A stretch of DNA of 64,000 bases from Lytechinus pictus (taxonomy: Eukaryota), in NCBI RefSeq assembly GCF_037042905.1, contig NC_087246.1:186001-250000 (forward strand), given 5' to 3'. The stretch's first letter is position 1; every line of letters starts with the position of its first letter. A program made the position numbers and the translations under genes. The notes below the pieces were generated by a model. It was not told the origin of the DNA, made no database searches, and saw only the letters and a program-made list of their open reading frames with translations. This document shows positions 1-13,970 of this stretch, in pieces.

Positions 1-123
1 GCACACTACCAGCGTGCAAATTTTTGCGTCGCTCGCGCGATCGGCGGCCGAGATCTTAAGGGGGGGCCATAATGGCCCCCCCCCGGGAAGGACAAGAATC
101 AAAATACCCCGGGAGAGTTAGGG

Positions 124-1622
124 TTAATTCGATCGAACATCGATGCATTGAATTTTGAAGGCAGGGAAAATCGAGTCAATTTTTTTGCTCCGGCCGGCCG
201 CCGTCGATGCATGCATGTACGCATTGCGGCGGTAAGCATTGGCAGGGTACTGTATGTGTTGCTCAAGCAGATGACAGAGCAAAGTTTGTTTGTATTTTCC
301 ACGATCACAGAACACAAAAAGGGACAATGCAGAATTCTTTAAGAATAACAATGATTTTTGCAGATGACAAAATATAAGTTTAAAATAAAACAATATTAAA
401 GACATGAATCACGCAGAGTCTATCAGAATGATTTACCAGCGGAGGGCACTGTAACTTGCCGAGATGTAGTTTGATCCAAAATTAGCTCCAAATGGATGGG
501 AATAAAATATGTTATTTTCTCTGGATGGTCATTTTAATTGGTATTCAATGCTGATATAACGATTGTGAGGAAAGATCGTGGAATATGACTGATGTCGATG
601 TTCAAGAATTAATCCTGATATGATTGATAATCCCTTTTTTTTTTTTAGACACAAGAGCATGCGGGGATCGAAATAAATACGAATGCCTCGGATCGAGCTC
701 TAAATCTATATAAATTATTATCGGACGTTATATTAATTACGATTTAATAAGATTTTATGGCCATACTAAAAATATTGACTGAGTCATATCGATTATTTTG
801 AAAACCGGTGTTCGACAGCTTTAATTCGATCGAACATCGATGCATCGAAATTTGAAGGCGGGGAAAATCAAGTCATTTTTATTGCTCCCGCCGGCCATCG
901 ATGCATGCGCTATGCATGCACTACATGCACTGACGGTCTGCGCTGGCCGGGTGAGCGTTGCAAAAGCAGATGACAGAGCATAGTTCGTTTGTATTTTCCA
1001 TGATCACAAAACACAAAAAAGGCCGGGGGCAATGCAGAATTCTTCCCAAAATATCTTCAACAATGATATTTGCAGATGATAACATATAAGTTTAAAATGA
1101 AACAATATTAAAGACATGAATCACGCAGAGTCGATCCGAATGATTTTCGGTCAACTAGCATTCGCAGTCCAGACTCGCACACACCAGCCCCGTCCGCAGC
1201 CGGCCCCATTCACTCACTCTCCCCAAACGATAGGCGTGATTGCCAGCGCCATCTAACAAGTGCAAACAGCGGGGAGAGCGCTGTAACTTGCCTGAGATTG
1301 TGTAGTTGGCAGGGTAGTTGGATCCAAAATTAGCTCCAAATAAATTGATGGAAATAAATACGTAATTTTCTCTGGATGGTCATTTGAATTGGTATTCAAT
1401 GCTGATATAACAATTGTGAGGAAAGATTGTGGAATATGAGTTCTGACGATGTTCGAGACTTAATCCTGATAATGATAATCCATTTTTTTGTAGACACAAG
1501 AGCTTGTGATCGAAATAAATACGAATGTCTCGGATCGAGCTCTAAATTCATATAAATTAGTATTGGATGTTAAATAATTATGATTTAATAAGATTTTATG
1601 GCCATACTAAAAATATTGACGA
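124..1622. repeat. Diverged tandem duplication (~124-785 and ~821-1622)
   Basis: Both copies start TTAATTCGATCGAACATCGATGCAT and end TATGGCCATACTAAAAATATTGAC; copy 2 carries an extra ~130 bp. Confidence 0.85.
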
Positions 1623-4600
1623 TGTCAGCAAAGTATGTTATGTTCATATGGAAGAATTAATAGTATTATACTGGCATTATTTTTATTTTTTATTCCATCT
1701 CTGGACGTCTCCGAGCTCCGAGAAAAGAAGCACAATGCGCATGCGCGTTCGATGACGTCTGACATATTTTCCATTCATGAAATCAGAGCCCAAAGTTGGG
1801 CACAAACAAGCTTCAAATTGATGGGAAAAAATATCAAATGTAATTTTCTCTGTTTTGTCATGTAAAATATTATTATATGGTGATATTACGATCTTCAAAA
1901 GAGTTTCTACATGTTGACAATGTTCGATAATCAATCCTGACGTGTAATTATTTTTTTAGACAAGTGCGATTCCACTCACTCAAGTCGATCGTCATGTGAT
2001 GTCCGCCATTGAAAATTGAAACGAAATACAAACGTTTCACATCAAGCTCTAAATTCATATTAATGATTATCATATGCAAATTATTGTTAAATATTACGAT
2101 TGAATCATGTTCTATGCAACGTTCTCGCTACCACGCGTCACGGTTGGCGGGCGCCGCCAACCCTGAAAATTTTCAGGGCAAATCCGCCAACCGTGAACTT
2201 CCCCGACAACCGTGGCCGACAACTGTAAAGCAGGCCTAGATCTACACAAAAACTGAATAATATATTTAAAAAATAATCTGCTTTTCAGATCCTAAAATAA
2301 ACTTGTCGATTATTTCGTCCACGATTTCTTCCCGGGATTTCTTTGACTCACTCACTACTACTAGTGCGCTATACGATACGACCTCGACTCGAGGCCCAAT
2401 CTCTTTTGTGGGAAGCGCGAAGATGTTTACTTCGCATTTGCGTATCGCATTGCTCACATTATTTACGTCTTTAAAATGGTAGTAAATACGCTCAAAAACA
2501 AGTGAGGGGAGAGGGGTATCGTGGGTTACTGGCTTGGGCAATGTAATTTAGATTATTACGAATTTCAGTTGATATTGTCACTTATTATGTCAAAAATAAA
2601 GTGTGTCAAAATTACTATCAAAATTCGATCGAAATATAGTTTTATCTCGTCCCAGGCCCCAGCCTTTATAGCTACATCTACATGAATTCATTGAATGCAT
2701 TTCTGATGACACTGCCGTAGAGCGAATTGAGAAAACTATTCAAAGATCACATTAATAATGACAAAGCCAATGGAATGGATTGATATAATGTCCAACTCAT
2801 TTACTTACATCAAAATGATTTATTCACATTTAAATTCCGATTTTACGCCGTTATTTCCAAAGTCTTGATCTCTACATCGATCTTTTGAAACTGTTGATTA
2901 ATTTCGCGACGGCGTGTCTACCAAGTTTTGTGCCACTGCACTTGCGCTCGCAACGCACGGTCACATTCATAATACAAATCGCACATGGCATCAAAATCCT
3001 TGATCCGGGGATCCGATAGTCTTCCAAAATTAGATGGGATCCAAAACTAATTTAATTTGATTTTTTTCATATATTCATTCAATCTGTTATAATTTTCATA
3101 ATTAATAATATTTATTAATATTATTCACATTTTTTATCATTACGACTCATTTTTGAATGTGAGTTATACGTACAGTGTATTTTCATTTGTATTGTTCTTT
3201 ATTACTCTTTGCCTGCCAATTAAATAATGAGCGCACCTGTCACGGGCCTGAGAAACGTTTTTAGTCATCACAGTGAATGCTTTATGAATTTGTTGTACAA
3301 TTGCTTAACTACGATTTAAAATAAAATATCATTTGAAATTAATTTGTGTAAAGGGAAAATAGAGAATAATGGGGGGTGGCCGTGGGCAATGTAGATGAAA
3401 ATGATGGGATGTTTGTGACTTTGTGGGGAGGGATTGTTCGTAGCGAATGAAATTGATATTCATTTATGGATGTGTCTACTGTGATTGTGGCTTCATAATC
3501 TTTATGGCGATTGGAAAATCCATCTTGGGTCGGGAGGGGTACGTGATTCAATAGATTTCGATAGAAGTACACATTCAACAAAGTGGAATTGGCAATTCAT
3601 TCACAAATATTCGTTTCAAGTACGAATTATTGAAGTTGATATGTGTGAACGTTTTAGAGGATATCGGATATGTATATCGTTTTTTCGCGCCCACAATGAG
3701 TTGCTAGTATAATTTGAATATCGTTGGATGAATTTTTCAAGTTCACTTATGTCTTTATGTTTTATATCGGAATTGTGCTTTTAATATATGAGTTATATCT
3801 TGACAACGTCGTTAGCCTAATTATACTGCGAGTGGATGATATTTATGAAATGAGTTGGAATGTGAACAAGACGCCCCAAAGCCGATGGCACGTGATCTAA
3901 TTAGTATTCACTTTCTGGGTTGAGCCAATCATTGTGCTTGAAAACGGGTTTCCCCGAATTCCCGCCCTTGGAATGTGTCCCACATGTGTGACCTGTTAAC
4001 CTGTTGTTTGAGTGCGAATCAGCTGATTTCGTGACCTCAAAAACTCTTCATGGTGTTTACGCTGGATGGGGGCTATAAAATTAAGAAGATCTTTCTCTTT
4101 TATTCATTTTTAATAAACTGTTCGTGATTTTCAAACTACACCTATAGTGATATTGTGATGCAATTTATTGAATCACGTACCTCGATCATCCCACTCATGG
4201 TGGAAGAAAATATTTTTTAAATTCACCAAAAGATACATGTAAAGAAAGATTATTCGGCCGTCATCATCGGTAGACGTATAGACACGTCTATAAAAATGTA
4301 TTCGCTTCGAATATTGACTTCTTCACCAATCCCACACACACGATCTCAACATCCCCTTGTCATTGTCCACGCCACGACCCCTCCCCTATCGCTGTCTCCC
4401 TTCGACCATCCTACAACCCCACCCCTTTCCTCTCCTTCACACACGCTGTATTTGTAGGCCTACATATAATGTATTATGTAAAAATAGAAATCTTATTTCC
4501 TGTCAATTAACCTATACTTTCAAAACATTTTAAATCGCAGTTAAGAACAACAAATTTGTAATATTAGAGTATTATGAATGACTAAAAATATTTCTCACGC

Positions 4601-6001
4601 TCGTGATGAAGCACAGCACATTCATTATTTTATAGGTGAGTAACGAACAATACAAATGAACAAAGCAATAATTGACAGTGATAAAAGAATCTCGATTGGA
4701 AATTATTAGTATAAACATCATCAACAGAAGTCTTATGAGAGTTATAGTTTCAGTGAGTTTCGAATAAACCAAACAAAAAACCATGCAAATTATATAAGTT
4801 GGGGACCCCGTCTCATGAATACCGATGCCCATTATTTGGAAGCCTCGGAAGAAAACTTCCGAGGCTTCCAAACAATACCTCGGTCACATTTGCTCTACAG
4901 CGAGTCGAAAACAGCCGTTTTATTAATTTTTATTCAAACCACCTATATTCAGCTGGTACAAAAAATGTTAAAACGGCTGTTTTCGACTCGCCGTACGGCC
5001 GCCGTAGACATGTGACCGAGGTATAAAGTCGGAACAATATTTGGATTTCGTAAGGGCGTGACGCAGCGCAAGCTCAAAGGGCTACGCATGCGGTCCGTAG
5101 ATGAAGTCGGGCATTGTCATAAGAAACAACACGCATTCACAAAATTAATCGCACTTTCTAAGGATGTAGCGATATCGATCTGAACATTGGAAAGTATGGA
5201 GTTAATTTATCGATGTAAATAATCTATAACTGTAAGTATAAAATGAGATTAACTTCAATTTTTAAGTTGCCTTTCTGCTTCAATTGCAATTCGCGCAAGC
5301 GTTACGGCTGTGTGGCCGGAGAAGCATTAAATAGACATAAAATGTGGTGCATTTAGCAGCAATCTAAGCTCGTCGATATTGATATTTACGATAGTTACCG
5401 CGCTTTCTTACCGCGATAGGGACACCCCCCTCCCGAACCCTCCCCCCGTGCGTGCTTCGCACGCACCGAGGCCGCTGCGCGGCTTGCGTCGCTTCGCGCC
5501 GCCAAGCATCAGAGTAAACCTGGCGAGAACGTTGGTTCTATGGTCATGATATTAATATTGTTCATGAAAGCAAGATTTACTTTTATACGTTGATCGCGTC
5601 AATTTTCCGGCCATTTTCTGATTTGATTAAAGCACAGTACTGCGCATGCACGATCAATGGCGACTTCCATTCATAAATTCATCGTGCATAAATTATCTCG
5701 GTACGAGCAGACGAGCCGTGCAGACGAGTAAGACTCGAACTATGATCGAAATCAACTTCAAATTAATGGTGAATAGGCATCATAATTACACAATCGGTTT
5801 CATTTTGGGGGCAATATAAATGAAGTAAGTAGTAGTCGAGTAGGATATTACTGTTTATTTTGATGTTTGATTGTGTGAACCAAATGAATCGGCCGGCCGA
5901 CGTATTTTTTTTTTTTTTTGATGCACCGATTTTACAAAATCTGCATCGGCGTTCGATGACATCGATCGAACACCGATTTTAAAATCGATTTGACTCAGGC
6001 T

Positions 6002-6680
6002 TACTTGGAAGATATAGTATTGATTAATTTTTCTTACATGACAATGACCTTGAAAATACAGCTGAAATTCACACACAAATTCAATAATCCGCCGATATCC
6101 CATTATTATAGGTTGTTTACACCGACTTTCAATTGTGTTATTTCAATACTAACAGTGACTTTAAGCTGATAATTGCAAATCATGTTCCTTTCTGGTTATA
6201 TTTTATGCTCCAAATAATACATAAAGTCATATCTTTTGACCTTGATATTGATCTAAAAACAGATATAAATGCCCTGACATTAGCATATTCACAACACATG
6301 TGAGCTTTACAACATAATTTTAAAATTGATTTTCTCACAGACTGAATGCCTGATCATATGGATATTTGCAGTATAGGTAGTCCATAATGAGTACTTGGAA
6401 GATATAGTATTAATTGATTGTTCTTTCATGACAATGACCTTGAAAATACAGCTGAAATTCACACAAAAATTCAGTAATCCGCCGATATTCCATTGTTATA
6501 GGTTGTTTACACCGACTTTCAATTTGTGTTATTTCAATACTAACAGTGACTTTAAGCTGATGATTGCAAATCATGTTCCTTTCTGGTTCTATTTTAAGTA
6601 TTTTATCGGCGGATTATTGAATTTTTGTGTGAATTTCAGCTATTTTTAGATCAATGTCAAGGTCAAAAGATAAATGTATG
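6002..6680. repeat. Local direct duplication (~6002-6200 / ~6392-6590) with a short inverted copy (~6600-6670)
   Basis: ACTTGGAAGATATAGTAT...CATGTTCCTTTCTGGTT occurs twice; TGTGTGAATTTCAGCT is the inverse of AGCTGAAATTCACAC. Confidence 0.8.
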
Positions 6681-9072
6681 ACTGTATGTAGGATGGGGGG
6701 GTGGGGTGTCCGGACACTTAATATTTTTTGAAGCCTTCTTTTTTGTCTTTGGATTACACTAAAAATACGAATTCAATAGTTGTAATCATCTTCTGTTTTG
6801 TTCTCTATAATATTACCTAACATTTCGTACTAAACATTTTATGAAACTTTGCTTGTAAATTTTTCCAAATGACTTTCTAAACAACTGGGTATATTATTTG
6901 GAGCAAATGTATGACTGTAGGCCTATGTATTATTTGGAGCAAAGACGAGGAGTTTTTGATGATTTTCAGCTGTGTTTTTCAAGGTCATTGCAAATAAGAC
7001 AAACTATTTGTGATGCATATCCTTTTAGTACTAATTACAGACTACCATTACAGACAATCAGAGATTGCTCCCTTTTCATTTTTGATATATCCCAATTTGA
7101 AATGTGCTGAAAACTTGTACGTGTCGTTTTACATCGATTTTGGGGTGTTTACGACCATTTTCGAATGCGTATACTAGCTGTTAAACATTTCGGTCACAAA
7201 ATATTTTAAGTCTCCCATGAAAATATAGGTAAATGTCTATCAGTATACAGAAATTGGGTTCGCACCTGGATGGGACGAGGGGTGATTCGTGACCTTGAAC
7301 TTGGCAACTTTTAGAAAAAATCCAACTTTAAGGGCGCCCTACAAGAAATCGACGTGCATGGTAGGTCTGTTGAGCAAGTCATTGTCTTCAAATATGCATA
7401 ATATTGGGTTCTAAGCTAATTGAATTTGGAAGTTATGAGCCTCCAAACATGCACCCAAAAACATTGACTTGGACGCTTAACACCATTTTCGGCGACCTTG
7501 TGCGCAATAACGGCTGGTCAGATCCACGTCATATTATATTGTGTGTGTTAAGACTATAAAGTTCTTCCAATTTACAGAAAATTAGAACACTGCGTCATCA
7601 AACTTGGCTCCAGCAGTCAATCAAAAATAGCTTATTTTATTCAAACTTTATTGTTTGGCCAGACATTGGTTGCTAAGGGAGGCTATATCTTAGCAACCGT
7701 TTGACCTTTGGGCAAAATATTCCAGAATTTTCCGTCAGACATTTGGGGGCACTTTGGTGTGAGTTTAAAGAAAATCGGAGGGGGTCGGGTGACAAGCATT
7801 GGTTGATTTGATATGGATTGACCCCTATAGCTTACGAATCCATCACAATCATTACAAATGAAGATAAGTTAATTGTGCCTATAAAAGAAAAGATTATGGA
7901 AAGTCCAATAAAAGAGACGCATTCTAGATTGCCGGGTAGGCCCTATCGGCCCTTATGTCATGTTAAAACAATAATGTACTCTTGACTCCTTAACTTTGAA
8001 ATATTGAACATATATATTTTTTATATTCTTAAAGCTTATATTCTTATGTAAACTTCCATAAAGTGATCAACTTTAAATATGACCAACGTTTATGATCGTT
8101 GTCATTTTTTGCATTATTTCTGTAAATGGTATTTTTTCCATTGCGGATTGATTCACACATTTTTTCTTTGTTTTAAGCAAAGCACTATTTACTTTATCCT
8201 CTTGGACATGTTTGCAGCAATTTTTATTATTTTGCTTGTCTTCGGTTACTCAAATGCAAAGGTATTTTATACTCTAAACACTCACATTTGTATTTTTTGC
8301 GTTATATCTGACAAATAAAATAAATAAATTTGATTTTTCACACGCAGCCTCTCATATTTTCCTTTTTAGTCTCATACAATCAGACACCTCTGATTTTGTT
8401 TACTCCATTCAAACCCTATTCTTACCTCAACAAATAACATTTAACGGATAATTTGCAAAATTATCATTAGAAATAAGTATTCTATAAAAATTCAGAATAT
8501 TGAACTAAGACAATGTCGAAATTACTTAGTTAACTCAATTTTTATGTCGGACAAGGGTCTCAATGAAAGGTGTCTCTAAAAGGACACCGTGTTCTCAATA
8601 AGGGAAATAATGAAAAATTTTATTTCATCCAGTTATGTTTGTGAATTTTCCAATACTATCGATATCAAACGATGTCGCGGACTTGGAAGACAAAATTGCC
8701 TTCGTGAAACGGAAAGCGCTGATTTGTTGCCAATCTTCCTATCTCAGTAGAATAGTCCTAGGACGTTCCTACGTATCACTCATCTCGTCATGAAACGGGC
8801 CCCTGGAAGCCAATTGATTTTAAGGTCACAGTGACATGTTTTCATCTTTTCCTTCTGAAGTTCTTGTAAACGGGATAACTTTAGTTTAACTTAAGCTACA
8901 TGTAGGCTCATATAATTTGGTGTGTATGATACGAGCATGGATCTCAGGAAGCCTATTGATTTTTAGGTCAAAAGTTCAAAGGTCAAGGTCACACTGACAT
9001 GTTTTCATCTTACCCTTCTTAAGTCCTTGTAAACGCGATAACTTTAGTTTAACTTAACCTAGGCTCATATAA

Positions 9073-10731
9073 GTCGTCAAATGTTCCGAAAACCTCCACA
9101 ATTATACCAATCCCTAAGATAAACAAAGCCCGTGAACTAAACGATTTCCGGCCGGTAGCACTAACATCAAATGTTATGAAATGTTTCGAAAGGCTCTTTC
9201 TTGTCCAATTGTTAAAAGAATCACAGTGTCAAATAGACCCATGTCAATTTGCCTATCGGTCAAAGAGAAGTGTAGAAGATGCTACCCTTGTTTTTCTCCA
9301 TAAGATATATGAGCATCTCGATCGTGCAAAGTCGTACAAGCGATCACTATTTCTTGACTTCTCGAGTGCATTCAATACGATCGCACCTCATTGCCTTGTA
9401 CAAATGTTGATAGATATGAATTTAAACCCCAGACTTATTCTATGTATCTAAAATTTCCTTTGCTCGAGAATTCAATCAGTTAAAGCTGAGAATTGTCAGT
9501 CAAGAGAGTTGGTGACGCAAATTGGAGCCCCCCATGGTTGCGTATTACCTCCCGTTCTTTTCTCGTTGTACACGAGTAATTACATCTATGGTACGAAGAC
9601 ATCCTGCAGTGTAATCAAGTATGCCGACGATACCGTGATAACAGGCTACCTGTTCAATGATCCTAATGAATATATCTCACAGATAAATGATTTTGTCAGT
9701 TGGTGTGACGATCATTACCTGATATTGAATACCAGTAAAACCAAAGAAATTATCATTGATTTTTGGAAGGGTGATAAAATTCATGAACCACTCCGTATTC
9801 ACGGAGATGTCATTGAGCAGGTACATGAGTACAAATACCTCGTAACAATCATTGATGACAAGCTCTCATGGAAGCAAAATTGTCTATCAGTACAAAAGAA
9901 AATAAATCAAAGGATGTTTTTCTTGCGAAAAGTAAATAAAAGTTTTCACATCGATAAAACTATACTGAAACTGTTCTATCAATCAATCATCAAAAGTGTA
10001 ATAACTTTCAACCTGGTTTGTACTTTCGGAAATATGTCAAACGAGCAAAAACAAAGAATAGACCGGATTCGACGAATTGCACAAATCGTTCAGGAATACG
10101 GCTGTGTCCCCCCCGCACACGCCTTTCCCGCTACCGGTACTCCTTTATCCCTAATTCTATACATGTGTATAACTCAAAAGTAACACGATGATATATCTTC
10201 CTCTTTTTCTTCTTATTCTTCTTCCTCTTTTACTTTTTCTTTTTCTCCTTCTTTTTCTTCTTCTTCTTCTTCTTCTCCTCCTACTCAGTTCTTCTTCTGC
10301 TTCTTCTTTTTCTCCTTTTCTCTCCTTTCTTGTTCTTTCTTTCTCTTCTTCTACACTTTACCTTTCCATCCAGCTTCCTTTCATATTTTCCTACATATCT
10401 ATCACTCTTTTTTGAACGGGTGTTTTGTAAGTGTCAATTTATGATGATTATATACCTCATACTAGGATTGGGGGCGGGGTGGGGTTAGCAGCATGCAGAC
10501 ATCTCATCACCTATTTCTTATAATTTATGAAAATCAAATTATGAATTCTAAGGGTTATCAACCTATTGCAGAAAAGTTATCACTAAGTTGTATTGTTTAT
10601 GTAGAGTTAGATTGCTATGATATTTTTTATTTTTGCCTTTTTGTGTGATGTTATGTGTTTAAAGCCATTGGAAACTAAATTTCTCTGTATGCCTAGTATT
10701 CATGGACCAATAAAACAATCTTGAATCTTGA
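9073..10731 (+). mobile_element. 5'-truncated, degenerate non-LTR retrotransposon (Rex1/Babar-like RT)
   Basis: NDFRPVALTS..MKCFERL, DPCQFAYR, DFSSAFNTI and KYADD motifs; internal stop; AATAAA plus (CTTGAAT)n tail; ATATAA at both flanks. Confidence 0.85.
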
Positions 10732-11939
10732 ATATAATTTGGTGTGTATTATACTAGCATGGATCCCAGGAAGCCTATTGATTTTGAGGTCAAAAGGTCA
10801 AGATCACAGTGACATGTTTTCATCTTACCCTTCTGAAGTCCTTTTTAACGCGATAACTTCAGTTGAACTTAACCTAGGCTCATATAATTTGGTGTGTATG
10901 ATACTAGCATAGATCCCAGCAATTCTATTCTTTTGAGGTCAGAAGGTCTTTGAATAGTGTCCCAACCCATTCTTCCAGTTCTATTTTGAATATTTTTAAG
11001 TTGGTCAAGCAGAGATTTGTTTGCAGATTCAAATCAAATCATTTATTTCCATAATGATATAAAAAACATTACAAATATGTACAAAATAGGAAACAAACAT
11101 AATTGAAAAGGAAAGGAAAGTGAACCGAGTAGGGTATTCAGAAATAATACAAGGAAATGAACATTATTGTGGGGGAGCCAAAGAAGACAAATAAGTCTTA
11201 AAATCGGGCACCCATCATAAAATAGATTAGTGCTATAAAAATAGACATTTCTTATATGGCTCTCATTCTTAAGTTTCATGGTCTTACAGCAGTCTTTCAG
11301 AGCTCTTGCTCTCTGTGGAATGGGGGTTTAAAATAGTAAAAACTGTGTTAATGACAGCACATACATGTAATCAGAAATGTGTAGTCCTTGGCTCCAGAGA
11401 TCAAGTAATGGTCAGAATATATCACATCAGCATGATGGACACTCATGACTGACTACAATGAACATGCAGGCCTTAAATTTCATCATTTTTAGGGCAAGGC
11501 CAGTTTGGCCTTGAAATGCCTCATATTTTTAGGGCACCAAGGCCAAAATCTTTTTCAAAGAAGGGCATCGAAGGCCATTTTTTTCGGTATCCTTTTTTTA
11601 GATGTCAAATGTACTTAATCTTGTACAGGGTGCTACATAACCTTTTTTTATTTCTATATAGTTGGAAAATACTTGCCCGAATATATATTTCACTTGCCCC
11701 CCAAAAAATATTTCAAAACAAGATTTTACAGTTTAAAGGAAAGAAGTGCTGTTCTATGGACATGTACCATTGCCTTTAAAATTCCTCTTTTTAATATGAA
11801 CTGATGTACCTTGTATTTGTAAAATTGTATTTTTTTTTCAAAGTGATTTTATCTTGCCGGCCATGACCGAAATTAGTGTGTTGATATGCTATTTGAATGA
11901 TTTCCTCATATATTTTCATGTACTTTTGTGACCATTACA

Positions 11940-13165
11940 CAAAAATGAAAAAGGGAATCCCTGAAAATAATTATAAAAGAAGAAAGAAAGAAAATATAAA
12001 GAAAGGGGAAAAAGAAAGAAAAGGAAAGGAAGGGAGGGTGAACAAATGGGTGAAATAAAGAATGGAGACAAAGAAAAGAGATGAATAAAGAAAGAATAAA
12101 AAAAATTAAGGGGAAACTGAAGTAAAGAAAATGAAGGAAAAAAAGAAAAACAGTGAAAAGAAAGAAAGTTAGAATAAAAGGATGAAAGAAATAATAAAGG
12201 AAAGAAAAAAAGGTTTCCTTCATTCTTTGAAATAAATAAAAAAGAAAAAGAAAGGAAGGGATGATGAATGAATGTTTGAAAGAAAAAAGGAGAGAAAGAA
12301 AAAAAAGAAAGTAAGAAAAAAACGGAGGATGAATGAAGGAATGAAGGAAAGAAATTTTTTTCTTTCATTCTTTGAGAAAAAGAAAGAAGAAAAACACGAA
12401 GGTAGGGAATAGCAAAAAGGAAAAAGAGTGAAATAAATGATGAAAGAGAGAAAGGAGAGAATGAAAAAAGAAAGAATGTAATGGAAGGAGAGAAAGAACA
12501 AAAAGAAAAGGGAGAGGAAGGGAAAGGGAAGCGAGGAAAATTTTAAGAAATGAAAGAATGAAGAAAAAAAATTAAATTAAAAAAAAAATAGAAGGAAAAA
12601 ATATAGAAAGAACGATTAAACAATGAGGGACATGTAAAGAATGAAAGAACGAAGAAAATAAATGAACACAGAAAAAAAGAAAGAAAGCTAGGAAATAATA
12701 AGAAATAAAGATAGATGGAATGGAAAAGGGAATTCAGAAAAGATAGGATAAAGAAAGAAGGAATGGAAAAAAGAGAGTGAAAAAGAAAGAAAAAATCAGG
12801 AAGGAAGATAAGAAAGAATAAGGGAAAGGAAAAGAAAAGGAAGGAAAGAAAGAATGAAGCGAATAGAGAGTGAAAGCAAGAAAATAATGAAAGTAGAAAG
12901 GAAGAAAGAGGGAATGAAAAGAAAAAAGGAGAGGAAGGGAGCAAACAAAATTAAGGAAATAAAACGAAAGTAAGAAAAGGAAGGAAAGAACAAAAAATGA
13001 ACAGAGAGAGAGAGAGGATCAGGAAAGAAAGCTAGGAAAGATTTGAAATAAGATAGAACCAAAAAAGGCAAGCAGGAAGGATAGAAGAAAGGATGAAGAA
13101 AAAAGGATAGAAAAGAAAGAAAAATGAACGAAAGAAAGAAAGAATTAAAGAGGAAAAAATTCAAA
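11940..13165 (+). repeat. Purine-rich (A/G) tract; homologous tract at ~51437-52090
   Basis: Strong strand asymmetry; shared diagnostic words with the second tract. Confidence 0.85.
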
Positions 13166-13428
13166 CTTCAAGCAAACAAAACAAATGTAATCATTTTACA
13201 AAAATCTTACTGATATTTGTGTTTTTTATAATATATTTAAAAATTGTTCGAAAACTAAAATGTTTTAGAAACGAATAAAATTTCAAAGTGAAACATTGTC
13301 AAACTTAAAAATTAGGGGAACATCGCGGCATCACACCTACACAGGCTAGGCATCTCTCTTCCCATTGTTGTGTCTTGTTATCGGTGCGAACACGAGAAGA
13401 CTCAAAACAAAAGCTGAAACAACTAGAC

Positions 13429-13970
13429 CCCGGGGGGGAGGCACTCGACCAAAAAAGTGGTAGGGGTGTGCCGCAGGCGAGACAAAAAACGGGGGCCTTG
13501 GAGCGGGCTTATTGTAAAAAGGAGGGTCCTCTGAACGGGCTTTGGAACTACAAATGTTTGTGAAAACGGGGGTCCTTGGAACGGATCGCCAGCGTGTGAG
13601 TGCGCATCCGTATGGAACGGGCATGCGTGCATGATGCAGGCAGCCCGTCCGTCGGGTGCGCTCGTGCAGAGGCGATGGTCGGACAGCGCTCTGTGGCCGC
13701 TTTTCACCAAAATTGCAGCTCATTGTAGCAGATCAATGCGACCGGAACGGCGTAACGAAAAATATGCGAAGCTTTGGAGCAGATTTCTTTCTTCTTTTTT
13801 CTCGATAAGAAGAAAATGCTATGCTTTGGAGCGGCTTTCTTTGTTCTTGTTCTCAATAAGACAAAAATGCTATGCCTTGGAACGGAAATTTGAGTGTAAA
13901 AATGGGGGTCCCCTCCGCGGCACATACCCACTATGCATTATATACTGAGTGCCCCCCCCCCCCCCCCGGG
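13429..13970. mobile_element. MITE with CCCGGGG..GCACTC TIRs and 8-bp TSD
   Basis: TSD AACTAGAC at 13421-13428 and 13971-13978. Confidence 0.85.

Noticed and set aside
2266..2541. 91-aa minus-strand ORF with plausible composition
   Set aside because: Non-ATG start, no recognisable family and no convincing splice frame; cannot be supported without transcript data.
11906..13164. Phe/Leu/Ser-rich ORFs resembling membrane proteins (also 51419-52108, 39491-39898, 10188-10415)
   Set aside because: Translations of polypyrimidine low-complexity strands.
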